From positions 62,001 through 126,000 of the forward strand of contig NIVC01001163.1 in the NCBI GenBank assembly GCA_002269645.1: a DNA stretch of 64,000 bases, in the 5' to 3' direction. Every line of letters begins with the position of its first letter. Position 1 is the first letter of the stretch. The notes beneath the pieces are model-generated. The model searched no databases. It was not told the DNA's origin and saw only the letters and a program-made list of their open reading frames with translations. The position numbers and the translations under genes are program-made. This document shows, one piece after another, positions 13,080 to 24,423 of this stretch. This DNA is from Macrostomum lignano (lineage: Eukaryota).

Positions 13080-13490
13080 CGCACTAGCGATTCTACAGTG
13101 ACGCTATTTAAGCGCTTTTTTGCGACTTTTTAGCGACTGCAGAACGCCGCTGAAACGCCAGAAATGTGACTCAAATTCATCAAGCGACGCAAATGCGCTT
13201 CAACACAACTCAGTGACTCTAATGCGACTCTGGAACGCCTCAAATACGACTCTACGGCCCCAGAATCGCTATACCGTCGCGCCAGAATCACTTGCGGCGC
13301 CCCAGAGTCGTTTCAGAGTCTCAGACAATAAAACGCTTCAAAGTGAGTCTGAGGCTGACATCGATCGTCGCTTTAGAGGCGTTTAGAGTCAGTTCTTTCT
13401 ATTTAATGTATATGACATCTGCAACGCGTCTGAAACTCTGGGGCGACTCTGGGGCGACACAAGTGACTCTGGGACGCTTCTTGGCCTAGG
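13080..13490. repeat. Internally palindromic GACTCTGG/CCAGAGTC-rich repeat (MITE-like)
   Basis: 13275..13320 is an imperfect reverse complement of 13430..13480. Confidence 0.45.
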
Positions 13491-13509
13491 TACCGTTTCA
13501 TCGGGCAGC

Positions 13510-14160
13510 CCTGTCCGGTCCGCTACCATTTAATGGGGCAAAAAATTGTATAGCCTTACTGGTTCCTCTTTGGTCCAGAAAACCTCAATGACTAGTTCCT
13601 CCACGTAGCCTTCCTCTTGGCCTGGTCCGTCTCCGCTGCGTTTGACGATTCTGAACGGCAATTCCTCCCTGATGAGAAAGGCTATCCCTCCTCCTCGGGG
13701 AAGCTTGTAGCAACGGTCCTGTCTGACCAATCAGAAGCCCGGCAACTTTGGGATCTTGTCCTCCACCCTGAGCTTTGTTTCCTGTAGGCTATGAACTCGA
13801 GCGATTGCTCGTCAGCGAAGGCCAAAAGTCCCGGTAGCTTGGGTAGCAGTCCGTCGCAGTTCCACTGGCAGATAGTGGGTTGGTTTCCTTTAGGGTTGCA
13901 CGCCGTGGTTTTTGCAGCCGGTTTTCGGGTGTTATCTCGGCTTTAAACTCTTGGTTAGTCGCTATAAACACATCCGGCACGTCCAGCTGTTGTCTTTTCG
14001 CCACCTATCCAGGAGCGCTCGGCTGCTCGTTCCGCCGCAGCTGATGTGGACTTGAGTCCCACACGTCTTGCATTGAAACGCCGCTCTCGGTTTCAGCCAC
14101 ATTCCTTATAGCCGCACCGCCTTCGGCATGTTACTTTCTTGTCTCTCTCCTGCTTGTTAT
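13510..14160 (-). mobile_element. Decayed 5' part of a non-LTR element: PHD finger followed by AP-endonuclease fragment
   Basis: Minus strand gives FQCKTCGTQVHISC...WTCRMC (PHD-type spacing) at about 13970..14080, then QETKL...RQDR...RGGGIAFLIRE...VEEL...RLYN (APE motifs) at 13530..13790. Confidence 0.75.
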
Positions 14161-14539
14161 CTTCCTTTAGGGGGGGGGGCCTTGGATGTTATGCGCTGAG
14201 CACTCCCACAACGCCCAGTGGGCTCTAGGTTTTGACTTGACCTCGTTGATGGTAAGTCCCCCACATGATAGGTGGGCACCAGTGCTTATTGGCGGAGCAA
14301 CACAGGCTCCACATGACTACCGAACCGTTTCTTGCAGATGCAGCAGGAGCATTCATCGGACTTGTGTGAGTCATATTCGTCTCTTTGGTCCGCGGCTTCT
14401 TCGGTGGCTTGTTGTTGGATAATACGAGTCTATGAGCTTTTCCCGCAGCGAGCTTTGCCCGTGGGAAGTTTTCCCGCGTGAGTTTTTTCCGCAGTGAGGT
14501 TTTTCCGCAGCGAGGTTTTCCTGACTGAGCGATGGGTCG

Positions 14540-14830
14540 CGGGATTCTCGCGCTGACGCCGTTAATGTAGATAACGAAAAGCAGGGGTGCTAGAGCTGAA
14601 GGGCGCGGCGCAGCGTTCCTCGTCGAAGCTGCTGATTGCAGGCGCACCGCGGCGCGCGATCGTCTCAATAATGTCAGGGGCTGCTGGGTCGCCTCGCGTG
14701 ACGACACAGGCCGCTCCGCCTTGGGCGACGCTCTCGCTAGGCGAACCGTCGGAGTAGATGACGGTGTCCGCAGCGTGATGCCGGATAGCGGCTTCCGCCT
14801 GGAGACGACCGGAGCTCGATCGCGGCGTCC
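14540..14830 (-). mobile_element. Rearranged non-LTR fragments (RNase H N-terminus abutting an RT motif)
   Basis: TVIYSDGS...GGAACVV...SSFDEE (RNase H) lies directly upstream of SALAPLLFVIYING (RT) in another frame. Confidence 0.65.
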
Positions 14831-15598
14831 GAGTCCGCGGCAACTGAGTGGCGATGTTGATGACGCTTCGGCGGGGACCACGGGCAGTGCGGGAGCGCCG
14901 GCAGCGACTCGCGGGGGCCAGGCTAGGAGTCCCGGCATACTTTTTGTTTATAGCAGCAGCGCTATGCTGCCGCGGGAGGGAGTCACAGTGCAGAGCCTTG
15001 AGGGGACTGGCCACAGACAGACAACACAGACTCGTGCAGCTGTGCTACCAGCGGAAGGCCCTCGGTCAAAGACTGGCTATAATAACACTGTGATTGTACC
15101 ATACACTATACCGATAGCTACCGATGCCAAACTGGTGAGCATAAATGTATAATTCCCTTCTAACTTTCATTGTTTACTTTTGAGACAAACGCCTTAATTA
15201 AAATCTACTGCAAGCCATGCTGTACACCTATAACATATTCTCCAGGTGGATCTATCCAGGTGAATCTAGCCACCGCTGGATCTAGCAGAGCTCGAGCGGG
15301 CATTGCATGACCTGGCTGACTGCAGCACTTCGGGCACTGGCCCGATGAGTAATAAAAGTGGCAGATTGTCGCCACATGTAGACTGTGGACCCTCTGGAAG
15401 CTACATGTAACTCTGCTTTCAGCAACAAGCAAGCCGACACAGTAGATTTTGTTGGCATGGAGGACGCCATCTGAAGCCAGTCTATAAGTAGAAAGTTGCT
15501 GAGCTAACTCGCTTTTATAATCTGCTCCAGGCTTTTGGGGAGAAGCTAGTAGTTGATCGTCCATCTGGCCTGAAAAACGTCACTCGGATCTCCCACTA

Positions 15599-15885
15599 GG
15601 GCTGTAGCCCAGTGGTTAGAGCGTCGGACTCATGACTTGAAGATCGGGGTTCGATTCTCGACCTACTTCGTAACAATTTGTGTTCTTGAGCAAGACAATT
15701 AATTCTGCATATGGCTTCAGCTCACGCAGCTGTAAAATGGGTGCCAGCATTAGCTGGGGGACCCCCCAGTCCTTGGTCTGAACAGCCGTACGCAGCCTTC
15801 AGATGCGCCGCGCAATAGCTGCGGCTGAGCTGTCGGTTGCACATCTGCCTATTAGGGCAGGTGTAATCAATTATTTATCCTTAAA
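15599..15885 (+). mobile_element. tRNA-derived SINE with CORE-like central domain
   Basis: Head GGGCTGTAGCCCAGTGGTTAGAGC (A box) ... GGTTCGATTCTC (B box); body TTGTGTTCTTGAGCAAGACAATTAA...CAGCTGTAAAATGGG resembles the MIR CORE consensus as I recall it; the head does not close a tRNA acceptor stem. Confidence 0.75.
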
Positions 15886-16626
15886 AAAGACAAATGCCTG
15901 TTGATAATACGAAATGGTGCGATAGTGTTCTATGAATACAGCCCTCATCACTGAAATCGTGCCACTCGTCAGTCGTCATCGTCAAGTCAAATGTGTGCGC
16001 AACAGGATTAGCTACGACTTCAAAGTAACATCGGATCCTGCATTACAGAGATAAAAGAACAAACCAATTGAATCGGATCACTTCATTTCTAACGTTTTAG
16101 GTTGGCAAGGTAAACTTATTAGTTATATTTTAGGCGTTCAATAAGCAACAACAGTTCGGTGTAGTAAACACGAGAAGTCACAGAAATGCCAGGATAATAT
16201 TGAAACATTAGTCACGACAATTACACATGCGGTTACATGAATCCCGATTTGCCGAAATTCCCGATTTGCCGAAATACTTATCCTGATTGGATGGAATTAT
16301 AAAATGGAATGGGTGGCGGGGAGGGATACTGATGGGGTGGAGAGGAAGTCGGTCATCAGGGTATATAAAGACCATCCTGTGGCGCATCAGAGACGTGCTT
16401 TTTTCATTGGGTACTGACTGTACCAAGAAACTCTAATAAAGCATTTCTGATATCCAAACAACAATTATTTTCTATTTAAGAGTGAATTAATCGTTTCGCA
16501 ATGGCTCAGGCAGGCCCACCCGAAAGGGCGGACTTTATCAGGAGCGAAAGAGGATTTCGAAAGAGGAAATCATGAATTTCGGCAACCAGCCAGGCTGTGG
16601 GCTGTGGTGACTCACTGCATCAGTAA

Positions 16627-16915
16627 GCCAGTGCACAGGTGAGTCACAGCCACACCCCTAGGACAGACACCCATCAGAAAGCCACTGCGCAGGTGAGCCA
16701 CAGCCACACCCCTAGGACAGACACCCATCAAAAAGCCAGTGCACAGGTGAGCCACAGCCACACCCTTAGGACAGACACCCATCAGAAAGCCAGTGCACAG
16801 GTGAGCCACAGCCACACCCCTAGGACAGACACCCATCAGAAAGCCAGTGCACAGGTGAGCCACAGCCACACCCCTAGGACAGACACCCATCAGAAAGCCA
16901 CTGCACAGGTGATCC
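16627..16915. repeat. 54-bp tandem repeat, about 5.5 copies, downstream of the zinc-finger gene stop
   Basis: Unit GCACAGGTGAGCCACAGCCACACCCCTAGGACAGACACCCATCAGAAAGCCAGT. Confidence 0.95.
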
Positions 16916-17033
16916 ACCACCCTCGCTGGAAGAGCTCAAAGCCAGCAGAGACTACTAGCTACCCCAAAAACCAGCTCAAAACGTCAATCGCAGCAAAACT
17001 GGCTCAGTTGTCAACAAACTCGCAGTTAGTCTA

Positions 17034-18480
17034 TCAGTCAGTCGGCATAGCGGACCTGCGCAGCTGGGCGCACCTGTCGGACAGCAGGCCGGTTCCTTCG
17101 CCTTCGCCATTGCTATTAATGCGCAGAGTGGTGCATCGCTGCAGCAGGTTCCGGCCGCCCAAGAAAACGTGCTTGTGGGTGCTGCTGAGATGGCGCATCA
17201 GATGGCTGAACCGGTTGAAACTCTGGCAGCAGATGCGATTCAACGGGCACATAAACGGATCGTCGAGACGCCTCTTACTTGGCTTTTTCTGCTTTTTCTG
17301 CTTCTGTTGCAGTGCCGGTTTCGAGTCCAATTCAACGATGCGGAGCTCCGCCTGCTCCGCACTGCCGAGGTCCAACACCTCGTCGCTGGAGCCGCAATGA
17401 CTGGCCAGGTGAACTCGCAGCTGCTCTGCGTCTTCCATGATGTCGCCGCAGTCGCTGAACGGACAGGCCAATTTCAAATCGTTCAGCAAGGCCGCCTGCT
17501 CAGCTGGCGGGTTATCCAATTCTGAAAGTCGCATTAAGGACATCTGTTTGAGTAGTCAGGTCAGGTGCTAGATAAATCCCAGAGGACCTGTCAGCACCGC
17601 ATCACTCCCAGAGTCCCACCTGTCAGCACCGAATCCCTCCCAGAGTCCCACCTGTAAGCACCGCATCCCTCTCAGAGTCCCACCTGTCAGCACCGCATCC
17701 CTCTCAGAGTCCCACCTGTCAGCACCGCATCCCTCCCAGAGTCCCACCTGTCAGCACCGCATCCCTCCCAGAGTCCCACCTGTCAGCACCGCATCCCTCC
17801 CAGAGTCCCACCTGTCAGCACCGCATCCCTCCCAGAGTCCCACCTGTCAGCACCGCATCCCTCCCAGAGTCCCACATGTCAGCACCGCAACCCTTCCACA
17901 TATAGTTGAGCTCAAAAGTTGCATACTCACCACGTTCTTTCTGTCCGGATTTTTTCTTGCTCAGGTGCAGCTTCCCGTCCCGATGCAGAGTCTCCACATG
18001 CCGCCGCAAGTGGTTGGCGCGGCCGAACGGTCTGTAGCACAGGTCACAGACAAACCGTTTAATCCCATTGTGCGTCAGTTCCATGTGACGCTTCAAATCG
18101 TGCAACCTGGCAAACGCTTGGCTGCACAGCTGGCAAGGGTGCTGGGGATTATTGCGGACACCTTTGCAATAGGACAGGTGCGAGTTGTAGCTGATATGGT
18201 TGGCGTAGCTGCCGCCGCACTCGTCGCACTGGACGGCTTGGAAGCTGGCGGCGCCGCTAGAGTTGGCCATCTGGCAAGAGGCCTCGTGCAGCACGGCATA
18301 GCGGCGAGTTTTAAAGGCCTTGTTGCAGTGCCGGCACACTATCGATGCCGACTTCTTAGCGGCTTTGGTTCTTTGCCGGCTTTTAGTAGAAGATTTCTGT
18401 TCCTCATCTTCATTCTCCGGCTGCTGGTCAGGTTTGGGCCTTTTTAATTGCCTCGGCTTGGTGAACTTTCGCCTGGGCAT
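17034..18480 (-). CDS. C2H2/C2HC zinc-finger protein, six fingers; complement(join(17034..17521,17931..18480)), about 345 aa
   Basis: Fingers CRHC..H..C, CDEC..H..C, CQLCSQAFARLHDLKRHMELTH, CDLCYRPFGRANHLRRHVETLH, CPFSDC..HLASHC, CPLNRICC..HLSSTH. Donor CGTG|GTGAGT and acceptor tttcag|AA are both phase 1; basic N-terminus. Confidence 0.85.
17590..17885. repeat. 32-bp minisatellite, about 9 copies, filling the zinc-finger gene intron
   Basis: Plus-strand unit CCCACCTGTCAGCACCGCATCCCTCCCAGAGT. Confidence 0.95.
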
Positions 18481-18599
18481 TTGTCAATAATATTCTAGCT
18501 GGAATGCAGTACAAGGCTGCTGCTATGATTCAATGAAATGAAAAACACTATTTATCCTAAATTAGTCATCATTTTCGATTACGTCATGGTCTAGATTAT

Positions 18600-18790
18600 G
18601 TGGGTAATGGCCTATACAAATATGGGTAATGACCTATACAGATATGGGTAATGGCCTATACAGATATGGGTAATGACCTATACAGATATGGGTAATGGCC
18701 TATACAAATATGGGTAATGGCCTATACAGATATTGGCAATGGCCTATACAAATATTGGTAATGGCTAATATAAATATGGCTTATGACTTA
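18600..18790. repeat. 22-bp tandem repeat, about 8 copies, degenerating rightwards
   Basis: Unit TGGGTAATGGCCTATACAGATA. Confidence 0.9.
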
Positions 18791-19212
18791 TAAAAATATG
18801 GATCATTATCTAGACAAATTTGCACATTATCTAGAGAGCATAGGTCATGATCTAAACGCGAGAATATGAAAATCAAACATTTAATATTTTTGATCAATAA
18901 CTAGTCATAAAAACTATTACCACGAGCCGTAATATAGAAATCTATACTTTCAAAACAAATTCAAGGTGTGCAATCTAAAAAGAGCAAAAAATACTTCATT
19001 GTTAATTACCAAATTCTGACCATTACTGGGCCTTACAATTTAATTGGACTGAAAATGCCTATAAAATCAGCAACAAGACAAGATCATTGGGTCAAAAAGA
19101 TAATTACTGAAATATTGAAATAAACTCTACAAGCACACGGGCAGTCAATCACATAGTGAAAAAAATTGTTAAAATCACTAAACTACGAATGCTACTAAAA
19201 GTAGCACAAGCT

Positions 19213-21928
19213 TCATTTGGCCGACTCCGGGGTGAGAGGCGGGGTCAGGGTGGGCTGGCCTGCCAGCGCCCTGGCCAGATTATCCAGGCACAGCCGGTGC
19301 AGTCTGCGGGTTGGACACGTCGATTTGCGATAATGGGTCACGTGACTAGCGACCAGCTGGCAGAACTGCTGTACACACGGGATTACACAGCACAGTCACA
19401 CTCAGGATCACACAGCACAGTCACACTCAGGATCACACAGCAAAGTCACACTCAGGATCACACAGCATAGTCACACTCAGGATCACACAGCACAGTCACA
19501 CTCAGGATCACACAGCACAGTCACACTCAGGATCACACAGCATAGTCACACTCAGGATCACACAGCACAGTCACACTCAGGATCACACAGCACAGTCACA
19601 CTCAGGATCACACAGCACAGTCACACTCAGGATCACACAGCATAGTCACACTCAGGATCACACAGCACAGTCACACTCAGGATCACACAGCATAGTCACA
19701 CTCAGGATCACACAGCACAGTCACACTCAGGATCACACAGCATAGTCACACTCAGGATCACACAGCACAGTCACACTCAGGATCACACAGCATAGTCACA
19801 CTCAGGATCACACAGCACAGCCACACAGGTCACGCACCTGGCCATGGTATCCACAGTGTGGGTGCCCACATGCGGGCTGACTGTGACATTGAGCCGGACA
19901 GCCTCTGTCAGCAGCGGATGGTCGCTGGGCAGAGGCTCCGGATCCGTGACGTCCAGCCCGGCGCCGTAGATTTTGTGAAGGCGCAGAGCCGTCAGCAGGG
20001 CGTCGGTGTCCACCAGGCCGCCGCGGCCAACGTTGATCAAGAATGCGGTCGGCGACATCAGCGCCAGTCGTCGGGCGTCGACTAGGTGCCGAGTCTGTTC
20101 AGTCAGGGGACAGGCCAGCAGGAGGACGTCAGAGCCGGCTGCCAGATCGTCCAGGCTGGCGACGAACTCAGCGCCGCCAAGCGAGGCTTCAACGTCTGAC
20201 GGGGCGCGCCGGCGCTGGTGATAGGCGATGTGCATGCCGAGGCCGCCGGGGCTGCAGCGTTTGGCCACGGCGCGGCCGACGCTGCCGAGCCCGACGATGC
20301 CAAGGCGACGGCCCAGGAGATCCTGGGGTGCCGAGCACCGATGCGCACGGTTTAGGGCCGATTCTTGGGACTGATTAGGGCCGATTCTTGGGACTGATTA
20401 GGGCCGATTCTTGGGACTGATTAGGGCCGATTCATGGGACTGATTAGTGCCGATTCTTGGGACTGATTAGTGCCAATTCTCGGGACTGATTAGTGCCGAT
20501 TCTTGGGACTGATTAGTGCCGATTCTTGGGACTGATTAGTGTCGATTCTTGGGACTGATTAGGGCCGATTCTTGGGACTGATTAGGGCCGATTCTTGGGA
20601 CTGATTAGGGCCGATTCTTGGAACTGATTAGGGCCGATTCTCGGGACTGATAAGGGCCGATTCTTGGGACTGATTAGGGCTGATTCTTGGGACTGATTAG
20701 GGCCGATTCTTGGGACTGATTAGTGCCGATTCTTGCGACTGATTAGGGTAGATTGTAAAGAATGATTGTAAAGGCTTTGATTTGAAGGGCCGATAGGGCC
20801 ACTACAGCGATTCTGTTTAATATTCCTGATACGCATTTGGATAAATTATCATCAGATTAATAGTCATCTCTATCCTTCTCTACCTGTCCGGGTTCGATGC
20901 CCGGCCAGCCAGTCGAGTGTCCGGCAGCCAGAGCGGCCGCCATGGCCGAGGCTCGCCTAGCAACGGATAGCATGAGGTAGACGGCAGTCTCAGCCGTGGC
21001 ATCGGCAATGACGCCAGGTGTGTTGGTGACGGTGACCGAGCGATCCGCGAGTGCGCGCAAGTTCAAATGATCAAATCCGACACCGTAGCTGGCCACTGCC
21101 TGGGTGAGGAGGGAGAGGGCACTGCCTAAGTAAATGAGCAAAAACCAGGGGAGTCGAGAGGGAGGGTGAGATGCGAAAACCATGGGGGAGAGGGAGGGTG
21201 AGATGCGAAAACCATGGGGGAGAGGGAGGGTGACATGCGAAAACCATGGGGGAGAGGGAGGGTGAGATGCAGAAACCAGGGGGAGAGGGAGAGTGAGATG
21301 CAGAAACCAGGGGGAGAGGGTGGGTGAGATGCAGAAACCAGGGGGAGAGGGAGGGTGAGATGCAGAAACCAGGGGGAGAGGGAGGGTATGCAGAAACCAG
21401 GGGGAGAGGGAGGGTGAGATGCAGAAACCAGGGGGAGAGGGAGGGTATGCAGAAACCAGGGGGAGAGGGAGGGTGAGATGCAGAAACTAGGGGAGAGGGA
21501 GGTGAGATGTAAAAAAACATGAGGGAGAGGGGGTGAGATGCAGAAACCAGAGGGGAGAGGGAGGTGAGATGCAGAAACCTGGGGGAGAGGGTGAGATACC
21601 GATGCAAGATCATATATGTACAACTGCCAGCTGACCCAGCCAATATAGTAGGCATGAATTTTGGCAGATTAGGTCAAATTGCACTTACCTTCAAATCAGG
21701 CAGGTTAGCCAAGCCTCCATCATCAAGAATTCCACTGTCAATGGTGACAAAGGCGGCTTGGACCCCAGGCCCATAGTGGCTAGGCTGCTTGACAAAGTCA
21801 TCATAGTACACTAAGCTGAACTGCTTAGCAGCATCAGTCCAGAAAGCTGGCAATAATTCCTGGTGACAGCGAGGCACCAAACACCTTGGCTTATCTGCAC
21901 TAGAGAGTCCACTTGCTATAGTAGACAT
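19213..21928 (-). CDS. GRHPR: D-isomer-specific 2-hydroxyacid dehydrogenase, glyoxylate/hydroxypyruvate reductase-like; complement(join(19213..19303,19838..20322,20884..21099,21689..21928)), about 343 aa
   Basis: YGVGFDHL...VTNTPGVIADATAE; Rossmann GIVGLGSVG; INVGRGGLVD (Arg), GLDVTDPEPL (Glu), SPHVGT (His). Junctions AAG|GTAAGT, CAG|GTAGAG and CAG|GTGCGT keep frame. The family is clear; orthology to GRHPR itself is not proven. Confidence 0.88.
19380..19820. repeat. 25-bp minisatellite, about 17 copies, in dehydrogenase intron 3
   Basis: Unit CACACAGCACAGTCACACTCAGGAT (CAC/CAT variants). Confidence 0.96.
20352..20748. repeat. 23-bp minisatellite, about 17 copies, in dehydrogenase intron 2
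   Basis: Unit GATTAGGGCCGATTCTTGGGACT. Confidence 0.96.
21140..21600. repeat. About 31-bp G-rich minisatellite in dehydrogenase intron 1
   Basis: Unit GGGGGAGAGGGAGGGTGAGATGCAGAAACCA with deletion variants. Confidence 0.93.
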
Positions 21929-23269
21929 GTTTTGATATAGTGAAAATTGATATTTATAGCTATGCTGCAGTTTTGTTCCACACAATCTGCATGGGAACCT
22001 GCAGAGCAGCTGATATGAAATTTGCTGAAAATCATACAAAAAACGAAATGGATTACATTATTGATTTTTATAAAATACCAAAAACAAACTCTTTGTATAG
22101 GCCTTGTAAACCTATAAGGTATCTGAGATGTTCAAAAACTAAACAAATTAAAAATGGTACAAATAGACAGATTAGCCCAAAGCAAAAATATAATAAAAAA
22201 GTTTTATATTGCAAACAAACTTAGATAAAGTCAATGGCAACATTTTATAAATAAATTTTTCTATTTTGTATTTTATTTAGAATGATTTTGGTAGGCGGCG
22301 AGGCCTAATTAAATTTACAAATTACCTAAGTAAAATATAAAGCAATATTGTTCCTCAAATTTTAAAGTTTTTTAGAATATAGTTGGTGATCAAAGACACA
22401 TGATTGTAAATACATTGTATAAATAGACTTCAATACTTAGTGCAAATATATTGTTCCCATTTTATAGCCAATGGCCATAGTATCTAGTAAGTAGTTAATT
22501 AATAATTAGTCTAAGAACTAATAACAATGTGGCATATAGTGGCAATATGGTATAAGAGGGTTTAAGGAAAGGTATTTGGGGTGCATGCAAAAGGAAAGAA
22601 TATGGGACCATATATAAGAATACATATGGGGACTATAAAGGCATAGATAGGATATAAGGAAGGGTATAAGGCCCATAGTAGGGAGGAATAAAAGCATACA
22701 TAAAGAAGGGGGTATAAGGCATTCTTATAGGGAATGGATTTCTAATATAAGAAAAAAGGCATTTAGCATGGTTAGACTTTGATTGCAATATATAATGGTT
22801 TTATGAATAAGATTTTTAAAAAGATTTCAAATATACATATGCTATTATATATGATAATATTCTCTATTGTTACCATGCTTATAATCTATATCTATATGCT
22901 TTGATACCAGTGGAATATATTTTATAGCACATTTGTGCATTGTAAAAATGTATCAATTTTAGGTAATTTTAGGCATAAAAACCTAAAACCTATATTAAGA
23001 TATGAAATTGCATCCAATATCTAATTTTAAGATACAATTTAAAAAATTCAAGATGCTATAGCATTCTTATCATTTAAAAATGAATACAGGCTATATATGC
23101 TGAATAAAAATAATAATAAAGATAAAAATTAAAGTTATTAATTTAACTTTGCTTGAATAGGTTAGTTTAATTAAAATCAAGGTAACTTTAAACTTTAAGC
23201 AAAAACAAAATATATTCTTATAACTATTATAAAAAAAATAAAAAAGATTCAAAATACTTTAGTTTTAAT

Positions 23270-24314
23270 TAGTGTTCTGCTGTAGCCATAGCTATGGCTA
23301 TGGGATCCTATGGCAAATACAGTAAAATAGATGCCTATGGTAGCTATGGATATGCCTACAGTAGCTAGCTGCTCTTACGGCTACAACTATAGAAATATGG
23401 TAGTTGCTGTCACATTCCATAGATTCCTGTAGCTGTAGTTATTAATGTTAAAAATTGAAAAAAATATTAGAAACAGGTAGAGTAAAACAAAAATACTTTT
23501 AGTAAACTGTATTATCAACCTAGAAACTTATAAATTATACCTAAAAAATAAAATAAAACACTAGCAAACTCTAATTTTTATTAATGTGAAAAAGTTTAGC
23601 GTTAGTACTTTCAATAACAATTAAGTATTGTTGCTCTGAAAAAAGACAAAACATAATCTTACAAAGACAATTACCTGGTAAGTGTTTCTTTTATTTTCTA
23701 ATTTAATTTGCAGTTGTTTAAGCACTAGGTTATCTTCTTGATTCAAAATTTTTTATTTTTTATTTTTTTTTTGAAAACTACAGCTACGGAATACAAAGAA
23801 TTGGAGTAAGCTGCCATAGCTGGGACGGTGGCAGTTTTTGGTGAATTTTCTGGCGCAAATTGGCCCTTTTTTGGCACACACGGCGCACACAGCATACAAG
23901 GAAAAATTGAAAATGCTCTGGCAGTGCACATGGCGCATGGCGCTGAAAATATATATAGTTACACTTTGTTATACTTTGCAAAATATATAGTGTCAGGCCT
24001 AATTCCATAATTCGTAAAATAAAATGTTATACTATCAAAGAGTACTAAAATTACATAAATCACGATATAAAATACATAAATGAAATTCAAATTTGTCTAC
24101 CATAAATTCAAATTTACCTTACCTTACCTTAGACTTACCTTATCATGGCCTGCTGCGGCGCACAAAATCTTTTCTTCACGGTGCACGGCGCACAGTGCTC
24201 AAAAGCCATCAAAATAATTCCAGCGCACACTGTGCCACCTTCCCAACTATGGGTAAGCCGTAGTTTTGCTTACGGCTATGATGGTACATGGACCCTCCTT
24301 ACGGCGGAACACTA
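23270..24314. mobile_element. Non-autonomous hAT-type element (about 600 bp plus a nested MITE)
   Basis: TIR TAGTGTTCTGC / GCGGAACACTA; perfect 8-bp TSD GTTTTAAT (23262..23269 and 24315..24322); inverted paralog at 46771..47419. Confidence 0.9.
23814..24252. mobile_element. MITE with 20-bp TIR and 8-bp TSD (hAT or P superfamily), nested in the element above
   Basis: TIR CCATAGCTGGGACGGTGGCA versus CCATAGTTGGGAAGGTGGCA; TSD GTAAGCTG/GTAAGCCG; the paralog near 46820 shows the empty site GTAAGCCA. Confidence 0.9.
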
Positions 24315-24423
24315 GTTTTAATTATAAATTTTGGGTTATATGACATTTGTTGAAGAAATATTTCAATAAAGTATTGTACAATTTTGACAAATTCAAAAAA
24401 ATTACTACATAGGGCCTTTTCAT

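Noticed and set aside
15205-15564. ORF with CPKCCSQPGH resembling a gag knuckle
   Set aside because: Spacing does not fit CX2CX4HX4C and there is no other gag or pol evidence.
15599-15670. tRNA-Met gene
   Set aside because: Acceptor and anticodon stems do not pair properly and it runs into a SINE body.
16260-16465. Possible tiny solo LTR (CCAAT, TATATAAA, AATAAA, ends in CA)
   Set aside because: No TSD or clear TG start could be fixed; motifs alone are insufficient.
16639-17400. 253-aa plus-strand ORF
   Set aside because: Made of the 54-bp repeat plus the antisense of zinc-finger exon 2.
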